A stretch of DNA of 64,000 nucleotides. It comes from an uncultured Pseudobdellovibrionaceae bacterium. Lineage in GTDB: Bacteria; Bdellovibrionota; FAC87; UBA2466. The DNA is taken from the NCBI GenBank assembly GCA_964604555.1, contig CAZRZK010000009.1, positions 11,261 to 75,260 of the forward strand. Direction: 5' to 3'. Positions within the stretch are counted from its first letter, which is position 1. Each line of letters starts with the position of its first letter. The translations under genes were made by a program, and so were the position numbers. Positions 29,818-38,058 of the stretch are shown in pieces. Under the pieces are notes generated by a model that was not told the DNA's origin, did not search any database, and saw nothing but the letters and a program-made list of their open reading frames with translations.

Positions 29818-29921
29818 AAGAAACACAAGCACTAGCACCAGTGAGAATCGGGAAATTTTCCCGGTTCCCGTCGTTGCGAGGCCCCATCGGGGCCGAAGCA
29901 ACCCTTTTTTATTCTTTTGAG

Positions 29922-30395
29922 TTAAGCCAAGCGAGAGAGGATGGATTTCTCGACTTCGCTGATTTGAGTTTCGTATTGCGGCTTTTTAGACCGAAGAAAA
30001 TTGGCGACCCAATGGGTAACCCCACTCAATGCGGAACGACGGAGCATATTTAATTCTGGCTGGAACTCTTTGATCGCCATCTTCCCTTTTTCCTCAAACC
30101 AAGAGTTTTTCTTAGGAAGATAGGAGGCGTGGATGAATTCATGGCGTATCGGCTCACTCGCCCCATTAACGGCTTTCCCCACCACCATTCCTCCGACCAC
30201 ACCCACACCAAAAGCGACGCCCACACTTGCCCAGGGATGTTTATCGACTTGATTCTTAAGGGAAAGATCTTCAACTTTGGCCTTCACCTTCTCTTTAAAA
30301 TCATAAACCCTGGCTTCCATTTCATGGACTTTTTCTCCCAGGTTTTCACTCGCCCGACTCAACTCCATTTTTAACACCTCTTTTTGGTTATACAT
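29922..30395 (-). CDS. DUF883/ElaB-like membrane-anchored stress protein
   Basis: The hallmark HPWASVGVAFGVGVVGGMVVG (HPW + Gly-rich TM) follows an N-terminal coiled-coil region. Confidence 0.55.
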   Translation of the reverse strand: MYNQKEVLKMELSRASENLGEKVHEMEARVYDFKEKVKAKVEDLSLKNQVDKHPWASVGVAFGVGVVGGMVVGKAVNGASEPIRHEFIHASYLPKKNSWFEEKGKMAIKEFQPELNMLRRSALSGVTHWVANFLRSKKPQYETQISEVEKSILSRLA

Positions 30396-30799
30396 GTGAT
30401 TGTCTCCTTGAAGTTATCGATTAAATGTTGGGGGCCCCAGATTATTTTTGAAAACCGGAGCCAATTGACCCAAATCACAGGAATTGCAACTGCCAGAAAA
30501 GCCAACGCGATCAGTGCAAAGCTGCTCGAAAGGTTCATCCCTGCTTTATCCACGAGCAATACCACAAGAAAGCCGGCCACCAACTGCACACCGACTAATA
30601 GAAGGAGCATTCCAGCAAAAACATTCTTCAAACTATGCTGGGCTGATTCATAACGCTCTTTCAACTCCACTTGGAAAAGCGCCAACTGTAGGTGCACCAC
30701 CTCAGTTAGGCTTTTCCAAGCCTCTTTACTGATATTGAGAAAAGGCTCCTTCGTAGGCTCTTCAATCTGCTCTGATCTTAATAAAGTTACTGTACTCAT
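30371..30799 (-). CDS. YqjE-like (DUF1469 / holin-X-like) membrane protein
   Basis: Amphipathic helix HLQLALFQVELKE followed by two TM segments, and gene order upstream of the ElaB-like gene as in E. coli yqjD-yqjE. Overlaps the downstream gene. Confidence 0.5.
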   Translation of the reverse strand: MSTVTLLRSEQIEEPTKEPFLNISKEAWKSLTEVVHLQLALFQVELKERYESAQHSLKNVFAGMLLLLVGVQLVAGFLVVLLVDKAGMNLSSSFALIALAFLAVAIPVIWVNWLRFSKIIWGPQHLIDNFKETITCITKKRC

Positions 30800-30811
30800 A
30801 ATAATCTAAAA

Positions 30812-30830
30812 CCATGCAAAGCATGTGCCT
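30812..30830 (-). promoter_or_regulatory. Putative sigma-54 -24/-12 promoter for the yqjE-like/ElaB-like operon
   Basis: Minus-strand reading is AGGCAC-atgct-TTGCA, ending 16 nt before the ATG at 30799. Confidence 0.45.
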
Positions 30831-30904
30831 ATCCTTTTTTCTTGATGTGTATCTTTTTGGAACAAATAACTTTCATCTACGTAACAAACCCCTTAATAGG
30901 CAAT

Positions 30905-30920
30905 TGGCATCGGGGTTGCA
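30905..30920 (+). promoter_or_regulatory. Putative sigma-54 -24/-12 promoter for the small secreted protein gene
   Basis: TGGCAT-cgggg-TTGCA is a perfect match to the consensus core, and an AGGAGGG RBS follows before the ATG at 30957. Divergent from the promoter at 30812-30830. Confidence 0.5.
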
Positions 30921-30956
30921 TTCTCTTAACTCAGCACTCAAACAACAGGAGGGTTC

Positions 30957-31223
30957 ATGTCAAAAGTTGCCATTATTTTCCTCACATTCATGTTTATGCA
31001 TCCACATCCCTGGAGTTACGGAGATGAAACACCGGTCGAAAAACTGGAAAATGAATACGATAAAACTAAAACTGAAGCGAAAAAAACGGCCCGTCGGATG
31101 AAGCGGAACCTCCGCAATGATACCGGTCAAGGGAGCGTCAAGAAGGACGTTGAGGACAAAGCCAAAGACTTTAAAGAAGATGCCGAAACACAGGCGAATA
31201 AACTGAAAAGAAAGGTCGACTAA
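30957..31223 (+). CDS. Small secreted Lys/Glu-rich protein
   Basis: Signal peptide followed by a charged low-complexity mature part. Good RBS. Confidence 0.45.
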   Translation: MSKVAIIFLTFMFMHPHPWSYGDETPVEKLENEYDKTKTEAKKTARRMKRNLRNDTGQGSVKKDVEDKAKDFKEDAETQANKLKRKVD

Positions 31224-31432
31224 TGAAACAGGATAAATCAAATGTTGTTCATAATTTTAGGGAGTTGGGTACACTGTTTAATGCTACTCAGCCGAATGCA
31301 GGACAAATCCTGACTAATCAACTCCTGGATCCCTCTGAAAATCAAACTTTGCTCGGGAAAATAGACTCTAAATCCAATCGAAATGCTCCGGAAAAGAGAC
31401 CCGATTTACGACTCATTCACGGATCTATTTTT

Positions 31433-31468
31433 TAGATTTTTTCCCCAGCCATCTCAATTGAGATGGCT
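31433..31468. terminator. Bidirectional terminator hairpin
   Basis: Perfect 13-bp stem CCCCAGCCATCTC-aatt-GAGATGGCTGGGG, flanked by a T-run on one side and an A-run on the other. It lies between convergent genes. Confidence 0.6.
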
Positions 31469-31480
31469 GGGGAAACCTCA

Positions 31481-31780
31481 TTACGCCGCTCGACGGAATC
31501 CTTGGAATAACAAACCCACTAGAACCCCGACGCCCACCCCAATCAAAAGAGTCTGCATGGGATGACTCTTGATCCTCTCTTCGGTGCTCTCCACGGCTCC
31601 TTCAACCGCTTTTTCCACATTGCCATAGGTTTTTTTGGCGATTGAACTGACATTGCTGAGAAACTGGCCAGCAGCATCAGGAGAAATTCCCTCCGATTTT
31701 TCCCCTCTATTTCCAGAGGCTCCCGGCTGCATCCCTTTTTCTTCCGCAGCAAGATCTTTTTTGTATGTTTCCTGTGCCAT
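31481..31780 (-). CDS. DUF883/ElaB-like membrane-anchored stress protein, second paralogue
   Basis: C-terminal HPMQTLLIGVGVGVLVGLLFQGFRRAA. Start placed at the Met at 31780, which has an AAGGAGAG RBS. Confidence 0.55.
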   Translation of the reverse strand: MAQETYKKDLAAEEKGMQPGASGNRGEKSEGISPDAAGQFLSNVSSIAKKTYGNVEKAVEGAVESTEERIKSHPMQTLLIGVGVGVLVGLLFQGFRRAA

Positions 31781-31844
31781 TGTTCTCTCCTTCATTCTTA
31801 AGTTAGTGGCGCTCTTAATTACGCCTGTGTTTGTCGTTAAACTG

Positions 31845-31860
31845 TGCAACATCAATGCCA
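31845..31860 (-). promoter_or_regulatory. Putative sigma-54 -24/-12 promoter for the second ElaB-like gene
   Basis: Minus-strand reading is TGGCAT-tgatg-TTGCA, a consensus match. Confidence 0.5.
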
Positions 31861-31882
31861 TACCTTCCGGACTTTAAGTTTC

Positions 31883-31898
31883 TGGCATGGAATTCGCA
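31883..31898 (+). promoter_or_regulatory. Putative sigma-54 -24/-12 promoter for the FAD/Rieske oxidoreductase gene
   Basis: TGGCAT-ggaat-TCGCA, one mismatch in the -12 element. A GGAGG RBS precedes the ATG at 31924. Confidence 0.4.
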
Positions 31899-31923
31899 GC
31901 CTACAAGATATGGAGGAAATTCT

Positions 31924-33480
31924 ATGAACAAACAACGGAGCATCCCTCTTTGGATCAACCAATCCTTACCCATCGGGAGAAAAATAGATGCAAACTTTCA
32001 TACAGAAGTTTGCGTCATTGGTGCAGGCATCGCGGGGGCTACAACCGCCTATCTGCTCCGACGCGAAGGAAAGCAGGTTACCTTACTGGACAAGGACATT
32101 TTAGGGAACGGCCAAACCTGTCGCACGACTGCGCATCTTTCCAACGCCATTGATAGCCGATATTACGAAATAGAAAGAATTCATGGACAGGAAGGGGCCA
32201 GACTGACCGCTGAAAGTCATAGTTCAGCAATCGATCTCATTGAAAATATCTGTAAGGCGGAATCGATCCATTGTGATTTCACGCGACTCGATGGCTTTCT
32301 ATATGCCCCCGATTCCGATGCCCATCACCATCTGGAACGAGAACTTGCAGCTTGCCATGCGGCGGGATTAACCGATGTTACATTACTCGATAACTTCCCA
32401 CTCCCTTATTTTAAGGCAACGGCCTGCTTGCGCTTCCCCAATCAAGGGCAATTTCATCCCGTTAAATATTTGACAGGATTGGTCAATGCCTTCACTCAAC
32501 AGGGCGGAAACTTTTATTCCCATGCCGAAGTGATTGAAGTGAAAGAAGAGGAGCCGATTAAGATCTTCATACACTCCGGACATCAGATCACCGCCGACGC
32601 GATAGTACTAGCAACCCATACTCCCATATTAAATCGATTTGTGCTCCACACAAAACAGGCGGCCTATCGTACTTATGTTTTGGGATTTAGAGTTCCCACC
32701 TATTCTGTTCCGATGGCCCTGTACTGGGATACTTTACATCCCTATCATTACATTCGCCTTCATCGGGATAAAGACGCCGACATTTTAATCGTCGGAGGGA
32801 AAGACCACAGAACGGGACAGGTAGAAGATGAACGCCACTGCCTGGAAAAACTGGAGCTTTGGGCTCGAGCCCGTTTTCCAAAAGCTGGACCCACACTCTT
32901 TGAATGGTCGGGGCAGATCGAGGAATCGTTAGATGGGCTCGCTTTCATCGGCCACAACCCACTCCACAACAAAAATGTTTATGTGGTCACCGGAGATTCG
33001 GGGATGGGAATGACCCACGGAACGATCGCTGGCAAATTGATCCGCGATCTCATTGCGGGAAGACCCAATTCCTGGAAAGAGCTCTATGATCCCGGCCGCA
33101 AAACACTGGGCTCGGTGAAACGATGGCTGCAGGAGAATATGAATACCGCCATTCAGTATGGAGATTATTTTAAATCCGGCAAAGTGAAATCCTCCAGCGA
33201 GCTCATGCGCGGCCAAGGAGCTATCTTAAACCAAGGTACGCATAAAGTTGCCTTGTATCGTGAAGAGAATGGAACCCTTCACTCCCTTTCTGCGAAATGC
33301 CCTCATTTAGGAGGCATCGTGAAGTGGAATAGCGAGGAAAAAACCTGGGATTGCCCGTGTCATGGCTCGCGCTTCTCCTCAACTGGGAGCGTGATCAATG
33401 GACCCGCGGCTTGCGATCTCACTCCAGTGCCACTGAAGGAAGAGGAGAGCCATCCCGAGACCTTCAAAAAGGCTAGCTAG
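31924..33480 (+). CDS. FAD-dependent oxidoreductase fused to a C-terminal Rieske [2Fe-2S] domain
   Basis: N-terminal dinucleotide-binding motif VCVIGAGIAGATTA and C-terminal Rieske boxes CPHLGG...CPCHGS. Start taken at the internal Met at 31924. Confidence 0.7.
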   Translation: MNKQRSIPLWINQSLPIGRKIDANFHTEVCVIGAGIAGATTAYLLRREGKQVTLLDKDILGNGQTCRTTAHLSNAIDSRYYEIERIHGQEGARLTAESHSSAIDLIENICKAESIHCDFTRLDGFLYAPDSDAHHHLERELAACHAAGLTDVTLLDNFPLPYFKATACLRFPNQGQFHPVKYLTGLVNAFTQQGGNFYSHAEVIEVKEEEPIKIFIHSGHQITADAIVLATHTPILNRFVLHTKQAAYRTYVLGFRVPTYSVPMALYWDTLHPYHYIRLHRDKDADILIVGGKDHRTGQVEDERHCLEKLELWARARFPKAGPTLFEWSGQIEESLDGLAFIGHNPLHNKNVYVVTGDSGMGMTHGTIAGKLIRDLIAGRPNSWKELYDPGRKTLGSVKRWLQENMNTAIQYGDYFKSGKVKSSSELMRGQGAILNQGTHKVALYREENGTLHSLSAKCPHLGGIVKWNSEEKTWDCPCHGSRFSSTGSVINGPAACDLTPVPLKEEESHPETFKKAS

Positions 33481-33599
33481 GAATTTTCACAAAGGTACGG
33501 CCTACCTTTGTGAAGACCTCTTTGCATCTTCACAAAGGTAGGCCGTACCTTTGTGAAAATTCCCGATGACAAAGCAGATGGCACTTTTTCAACAAAGCC
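33481..33599. repeat. MITE/REP-like nested palindromic element, copy 2
   Basis: Same 29-bp palindromic core (TTCACAAAGGTACGGCCTACCTTTGTGAA) in inverted orientation around a 14-bp loop, plus the conserved tail CCGATGACAAAGCAGATGGCACTTTTTCAACAAAGCC. The outer stem bases differ from copy 1 but remain complementary. Confidence 0.7.
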
Positions 33600-33648
33600 A
33601 AAAAAGAAAAGGGTCCGGAACCGAAGCCCCAGACCCCTTGAGGTAGGA

Positions 33649-33903
33649 TTAGCCCCCCATAGTTTCTTCGGATGAATCGACTACAGGTTGCTCGTGTGAA
33701 ACTTTTTCATCGCTATAGGGATCATTAGGGGTGCGCCTGTGCACCTCACGTGCCTCTTCACTCGCTTCGATCGCCTCTCTCGGAATAAAACTCTGGGTGT
33801 TTCCTTTCACAGGTTTAACCACCACTCCTTGGTTCGAGGGAAACACATCTCTCTTATACTCTTCAATTTTTCGAGCTTCTCTTGCTGTTACTGTCATAAA
33901 CAC
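33649..33903 (-). CDS. Small hypothetical acidic protein
   Basis: 84-aa ORF starting 1 nt after the dps stop, so probably co-transcribed. No recognised domain. Confidence 0.35.
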   Translation of the reverse strand: MFMTVTAREARKIEEYKRDVFPSNQGVVVKPVKGNTQSFIPREAIEASEEAREVHRRTPNDPYSDEKVSHEQPVVDSSEETMGG

Positions 33904-33904
33904 C

Positions 33905-34348
33905 TCATTCTAAATGGCTGTGCAACATCCACGCCGCCTTTTCATGGGTCCCTATCCGTTGAACCAACATGTCGTGACTGTAGCTATCGCCCAATTTCTG
34001 CAACTCTTCAGCCGCTTTGGAATATTGTTCAGCTAATTTTTGATTGCTTACGACAAGATCCACCAAGATATCATCCTGATTTCGACTCATCGAAGTAAAT
34101 TCCTTGATGGTCGTATCTTCCAAGATATGGGCGAGCGAAATAGGAGCTTCGCCACCCAACGCCCGGATCCGTTCAGCTATCATATCTACCGCTTCGGCCT
34201 GATCGCCGTATTGCTCTTCAGTCAGTTTATGAACTGAAAAAAACTTAGGGCCATGGTAATTCCAATGCACAGCATAGGTTTTCACATATACGACAAATGC
34301 ATTAGAAACGACCGATTGCAGGACCTGAACCCGTTTTGAACGTTCCAT
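33905..34348 (-). CDS. dps: Dps (DNA-binding ferritin-like protein from starved cells)
   Basis: Ferritin-like ferroxidase-centre region VYVKTYAVHWNYHGPKFFSVHKLTEEQY and DMIAERIRALGG, in a 147-aa protein. Confidence 0.8.
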   Translation of the reverse strand: MERSKRVQVLQSVVSNAFVVYVKTYAVHWNYHGPKFFSVHKLTEEQYGDQAEAVDMIAERIRALGGEAPISLAHILEDTTIKEFTSMSRNQDDILVDLVVSNQKLAEQYSKAAEELQKLGDSYSHDMLVQRIGTHEKAAWMLHSHLE

Positions 34349-34371
34349 AGTTGATTCTCCTTTGTTTCGAT

Positions 34372-34569
34372 CTATTTCTCATCGAGCATATTATCGACGT
34401 TACGTTTCACCACCTGCTTCAGATCGCCAATCCCTTTTTGGATCTTTCCTTTGACGCGATCAAAAAGCCCTTTGCTGGCCAGGTTATCGTTGCCTAAACG
34501 ATACCCGATATTTTCCTTTGCTTTTCCTTTTGCCTCGTTAATGGCTCCCTTAACATGGTGACTATTCAT
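34372..34569 (-). CDS. CsbD-family general stress protein
   Basis: 65 aa with repeated KGK/G-rich CsbD motifs (GAINEAKGKAKENIG...KGKIQKGIGDLK). Confidence 0.65.
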   Translation of the reverse strand: MNSHHVKGAINEAKGKAKENIGYRLGNDNLASKGLFDRVKGKIQKGIGDLKQVVKRNVDNMLDEK

Positions 34570-34610
34570 TGTGTTCTCCTTTAATGGTTGATTGCTTATG
34601 ATTTTAATAT

Positions 34611-34626
34611 TGCAAGGACAAGGCCA
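34611..34626 (-). promoter_or_regulatory. Putative sigma-54 -24/-12 promoter for the csbD-dps operon
   Basis: Minus-strand reading is TGGCCT-tgtcc-TTGCA, about 40 nt upstream of the csbD ATG, with an AAGGAG RBS between. Confidence 0.45.
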
Positions 34627-34694
34627 AGTGATCTGAGCCCGGAGAGGAAGCGATTTTTTCCTGACGCGGGGAATTTTTCCCGGCGAGCCGGAAT

Positions 34695-34710
34695 CGGCAC
34701 ATCTATTGCT
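34695..34710 (+). promoter_or_regulatory. Putative sigma-54 -24/-12 promoter for the small ORF at 34738
   Basis: CGGCAC-atcta-TTGCT with correct GG-N10-GC spacing. Divergent from the csbD promoter. Confidence 0.4.
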
Positions 34711-34737
34711 TCATACTCAATTAAGGAGAGCAATCAT

Positions 34738-34950
34738 ATGAGAAAACTATTGGAATGGCTTCACCTGGTCCCTAAATCAAAAAATTTCGATCCCGAATTT
34801 ACCGGTTCCTATCCACGGAATGAGGGGGCGAAGAATGCGGTGATTGGAGGGGCTCCTGAAGATATGAATGCGATGCCCGCGACCGGAGATCCGGAACATC
34901 CGATTTATGATGGTTCCGACTTGCCTAAACCGTCACAGGCCATTCATTGA
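34738..34950 (+). CDS. Small hypothetical protein (70 aa)
   Basis: Internal Met with a strong AGGAG RBS. The longer ORF from 34588 lacks signals. Confidence 0.4.
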   Translation: MRKLLEWLHLVPKSKNFDPEFTGSYPRNEGAKNAVIGGAPEDMNAMPATGDPEHPIYDGSDLPKPSQAIH

Positions 34951-35408
34951 TTCGAACGGCTTAGGGAATAATTACGGTAAGCGACAACCCACCACTTCCC
35001 ATTCTTCTTGGTGAGAACAGCAGTCAAATGCTGGCGGATCGGCTCTTTATCTTCATCCTTATTTTTGATATCGACCAATTCCAGTTCCTGATCATAAAGG
35101 GCCACATTCCTGGAAAGGAATTTAACATCGGAATTATCGGCCTTTACATTTAGATTCTTGAACTCTTTGCCGAATGATTCGGCAAGATAGCTCTCAATAT
35201 CCCCCTTCCCCACCGCCAACTTCCCCACATGGTTCATGTAGGAGCAGTCCTCGGAAAAGGAAGTGAGGAGTGTTTTCATGTCCTTTTTATTCCAGGATTC
35301 CCAATAGCTATTAAAGAGATCCCGAATGAATTGATCATCTTTAAATTTAGTTTTTGCCCCGAAGCTGATACTGGAAATGATCGTTAAAAACAGCACTATT
35401 TTTTTCAT
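34944..35408 (-). CDS. SnoaL-like/NTF2-fold secreted protein (DUF4440-like)
   Basis: Signal peptide and an NTF2-like pattern (LFNSYWESWNKKD...KWWVVAYRNY). Confidence 0.45.
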   Translation of the reverse strand: MKKIVLFLTIISSISFGAKTKFKDDQFIRDLFNSYWESWNKKDMKTLLTSFSEDCSYMNHVGKLAVGKGDIESYLAESFGKEFKNLNVKADNSDVKFLSRNVALYDQELELVDIKNKDEDKEPIRQHLTAVLTKKNGKWWVVAYRNYSLSRSNQ

Positions 35409-36091
35409 CGAATAGGACTCCTATCGAAGTTCACCACAAATCGGTGGAAAAGTTCCTCAAGATGGTTCAGGACATATTGCTTCCTCTCGAAATCAGATCG
35501 CTCTAGTTTTTCCCGTAAAGTAAGATAGGTTAATTTCTCTTCATATTGAGTCGCGATGGGCAAGTAACTGATATGCCACCACTCCGGAGAAATTCCGCTG
35601 CGATCCGTCTGATAAGGCCTGAAAAAATAATGGGGAAGGAGAGCCACCTGGAACCAACTCTCCAGGCGCTGAAAATATTTTTCCAGCTCCTGTGTCTCCA
35701 GCTTTACCTGATAACCCGGCGGAATGGCCGCGGCATCGTAAACATCAAGATCGGTTCCCCAATGGTGACGGCTTGCCCCCGGTAAAGCCGACCAACGTAA
35801 AATCGCCGGGACCAACTCCTCATCTTTCATTTTGTCCACCACGAACGGTTGCCCTTGTTCATCCAATACAGGCCGTTTCCCCAAGCATTTTTCATTCCAA
35901 ATTTGCACCTGGCGATCAAAACTTCGGTATCCACTCGCCACCGCAAGATTGATCCCCTCTGTTTTGGCTGAAGCAATCAATCGGTTTAAAGGGGCCTGCA
36001 GATCGGTATGGATCCGCACCTGCCCATTGCATTCCCCCTTCCACTCAACCGTATGGTAATCCTTTTCCCCAAAGATATTTTCGATCATCAT
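35405..36091 (-). CDS. Peptidase M15 (VanY-like D-Ala-D-Ala carboxypeptidase)
   Basis: Zinc-site motifs SGYRSFDRQ, SRHHWGTDLDV and EWWHISY (ExxH). Confidence 0.6.
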   Translation of the reverse strand: MMIENIFGEKDYHTVEWKGECNGQVRIHTDLQAPLNRLIASAKTEGINLAVASGYRSFDRQVQIWNEKCLGKRPVLDEQGQPFVVDKMKDEELVPAILRWSALPGASRHHWGTDLDVYDAAAIPPGYQVKLETQELEKYFQRLESWFQVALLPHYFFRPYQTDRSGISPEWWHISYLPIATQYEEKLTYLTLREKLERSDFERKQYVLNHLEELFHRFVVNFDRSPIR

Positions 36092-37305
36092 TTTGAATAG
36101 AACTTTTCCAAGAAGGAGGCGGCAACAAAGGCCGATTTCACCCTCCAGAAGTTTTCATTGATAGTTAAGGCTGAAACCGCAATCTTCTTCCCATTTAAAT
36201 TTCCATACCCTACAAACCAATCATAACGCCCTTTGGGCTCATCCCCATCTAAATGGCCAGTCTTTCCTCCGACCTCCATTTTTTGGAAACCATTTTTTCT
36301 CAAAAGCCTGCCAAAACTTCGCCGCGCGGTTCCCTTTTTCACCGTCTCCCGCATCATTTCCTGGATTTGCAGAGCGGTGGTGGGATCAATCGCCACCGAT
36401 TCGATCCGGGGTTGGTTTTCATAAATGAGAGTTAAACCATCTTTCGTGGTTACCTTGTCCAACAAACGGGGTTTCATCATGATTCCGTCATTGGCAATCG
36501 TGGCGGCCAGCATCGCCCCATGGATTGGGCTGATCTTGGCATATTGACTGAAACCGCTCGCCGCCTCCGCTAAAGTCCACTTCTCTTCGCTCGGCAATTC
36601 AAACAGGGAGAAATAATCCCGATTCTCCGAAAACAAAGGCTGATTGAACCCAAAACGTAAAGCATAAGACTTTAAATCTTCGGGCGACAGAAGATACATC
36701 CCGATCTTTCCAAAGATGGGATTCACCGATTTCGCAAAAGCCTCCCTGAGAGACATCCGGCGTATCCACCGCCCACCTTCATCCAATTGGGCAAGATTTC
36801 TTCGATACAGGGTGTGTGGATTTCCCTTAAAAGGGATTACACTCTCTCCCGTCATTTTCTTTAAATCGATGGCCGCGGCAGCTGTGATGATCTTGAAAAC
36901 TGAAGCGGCGGGAAAACTGGCGCGCACCGCTAAGTTTCCAATACTCCCATTCCGGGTATAGGAATTCATCGCCAAGAGCTTTCCAGTGTCGGCCTCCATG
37001 GCCACGAAGGCCCCGTAATCGGGTTTGTAACTTTGAAATAATTTTTGGATATAGGCCTGGTGTTCGGGAACCAGGGAATAAGAGGCTTTTCTCAATTCCC
37101 CATCACTGTCGATAAATTCAAAAGGCAGTCCCTGCTGGATTAATTTGTCGATGACATAGGGGGCAATCTTGCTATCGGCTCGGTTCCCCCCGACCGCGGG
37201 CGCAGAAGGGTAAAAACCACCTAAAAAAGGCAGCGCTATTGCTAAAATAGCAAGGATTCCATAGAGATAGTGTTTCACTCTCTCTATTTTAACGGGATCC
37301 TGCAA
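36088..37305 (-). CDS. Penicillin-binding transpeptidase-domain protein
   Basis: N-terminal TM, then SxxK (ASVFK), SxN (SVN) and KTG (GGKTGH) motifs in PBP transpeptidase order. Confidence 0.6.
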   Translation of the reverse strand: MQDPVKIERVKHYLYGILAILAIALPFLGGFYPSAPAVGGNRADSKIAPYVIDKLIQQGLPFEFIDSDGELRKASYSLVPEHQAYIQKLFQSYKPDYGAFVAMEADTGKLLAMNSYTRNGSIGNLAVRASFPAASVFKIITAAAAIDLKKMTGESVIPFKGNPHTLYRRNLAQLDEGGRWIRRMSLREAFAKSVNPIFGKIGMYLLSPEDLKSYALRFGFNQPLFSENRDYFSLFELPSEEKWTLAEAASGFSQYAKISPIHGAMLAATIANDGIMMKPRLLDKVTTKDGLTLIYENQPRIESVAIDPTTALQIQEMMRETVKKGTARRSFGRLLRKNGFQKMEVGGKTGHLDGDEPKGRYDWFVGYGNLNGKKIAVSALTINENFWRVKSAFVAASFLEKFYSK

Positions 37306-37342
37306 AAAGCGCTACCATAACGCATCAAGCAATTTGTGTTTT

Positions 37343-37948
37343 TTATTGGGGCAGTACCCGATGACAATAGGTTAACTCGGTTTGAATGCCACATTTCCCT
37401 TCATTTACCGAATATTTAGGTGATTGAGTCCGTTCTACCAATCTCTGGATCGCCTCATTTTGAGTGGACCCGTAATCGGCCAGATAGAACTTAGAGACAC
37501 CCTCCGGCCTTTGACAATGATAACGGACACTACACCTGAACCAAAATGCGGGGACACTCATGCAGATGGTATTCGCCTGAAACTCATGGGGATCTTTTAA
37601 CTCTACCGTATGATAAGTCTTCCCATTTTTTCGAAACGAGATAAGAACGGAAAATTGCAATCCTTCATCTGCCGACTGCCAAAGAAAATTAAGAGAACCA
37701 GTAGATTTTTCTTCCCAGTGAAGCGCATCCAATTCCGAGGACCGTAAAAAGCGGAGTCGCTCACCATCGGTTAAGAACCGCAAATCGGAGGGGACCATGC
37801 CCTGCTCCAGACATTTTTTTTCATTGTCACTCCAGCTGCCGCGAGAACTGAGCAAGAGATACTCACGACCGCTTTCCGTATCTTGCCATTTTCGATCCAT
37901 CGAGAATGCTGTCAATTGTCCTAAAATTAACCCCAAAATGAAGATCAT
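37343..37948 (-). CDS. Hypothetical secreted Cys-containing protein
   Basis: Signal peptide; no recognised domain. Confidence 0.35.
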   Translation of the reverse strand: MIFILGLILGQLTAFSMDRKWQDTESGREYLLLSSRGSWSDNEKKCLEQGMVPSDLRFLTDGERLRFLRSSELDALHWEEKSTGSLNFLWQSADEGLQFSVLISFRKNGKTYHTVELKDPHEFQANTICMSVPAFWFRCSVRYHCQRPEGVSKFYLADYGSTQNEAIQRLVERTQSPKYSVNEGKCGIQTELTYCHRVLPQ

Positions 37949-38058
37949 ATTCCCCCCCTTGTGCTGGGAAAACTAAAAACCTTCTGGAGAATCGTCAACC
38001 GATGAGAGTGATCCTGACTATATTTCAAAGGCCAGTATCTCATTCAACTGAACAAGGT

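Noticed and set aside
31831-31923. N-terminal extensions of the FAD/Rieske ORF (from 31831) and of the ElaB-like 2 ORF (to 31861) given in the ORF table
   Set aside because: The extensions overlap each other and the two divergent sigma-54 elements. The internal Mets at 31924 and 31780 have strong RBSs and place the promoters in a proper intergenic region.
37306-37342. Candidate sigma-54 element TGGTAG-N-TTTGCA upstream of the SnoaL/M15/PBP operon
   Set aside because: The GG to GC spacing is 11 nt rather than 10, and the -24 match is poor. Unlike the seven island promoters it does not meet the strict spacing rule, so it is not called.
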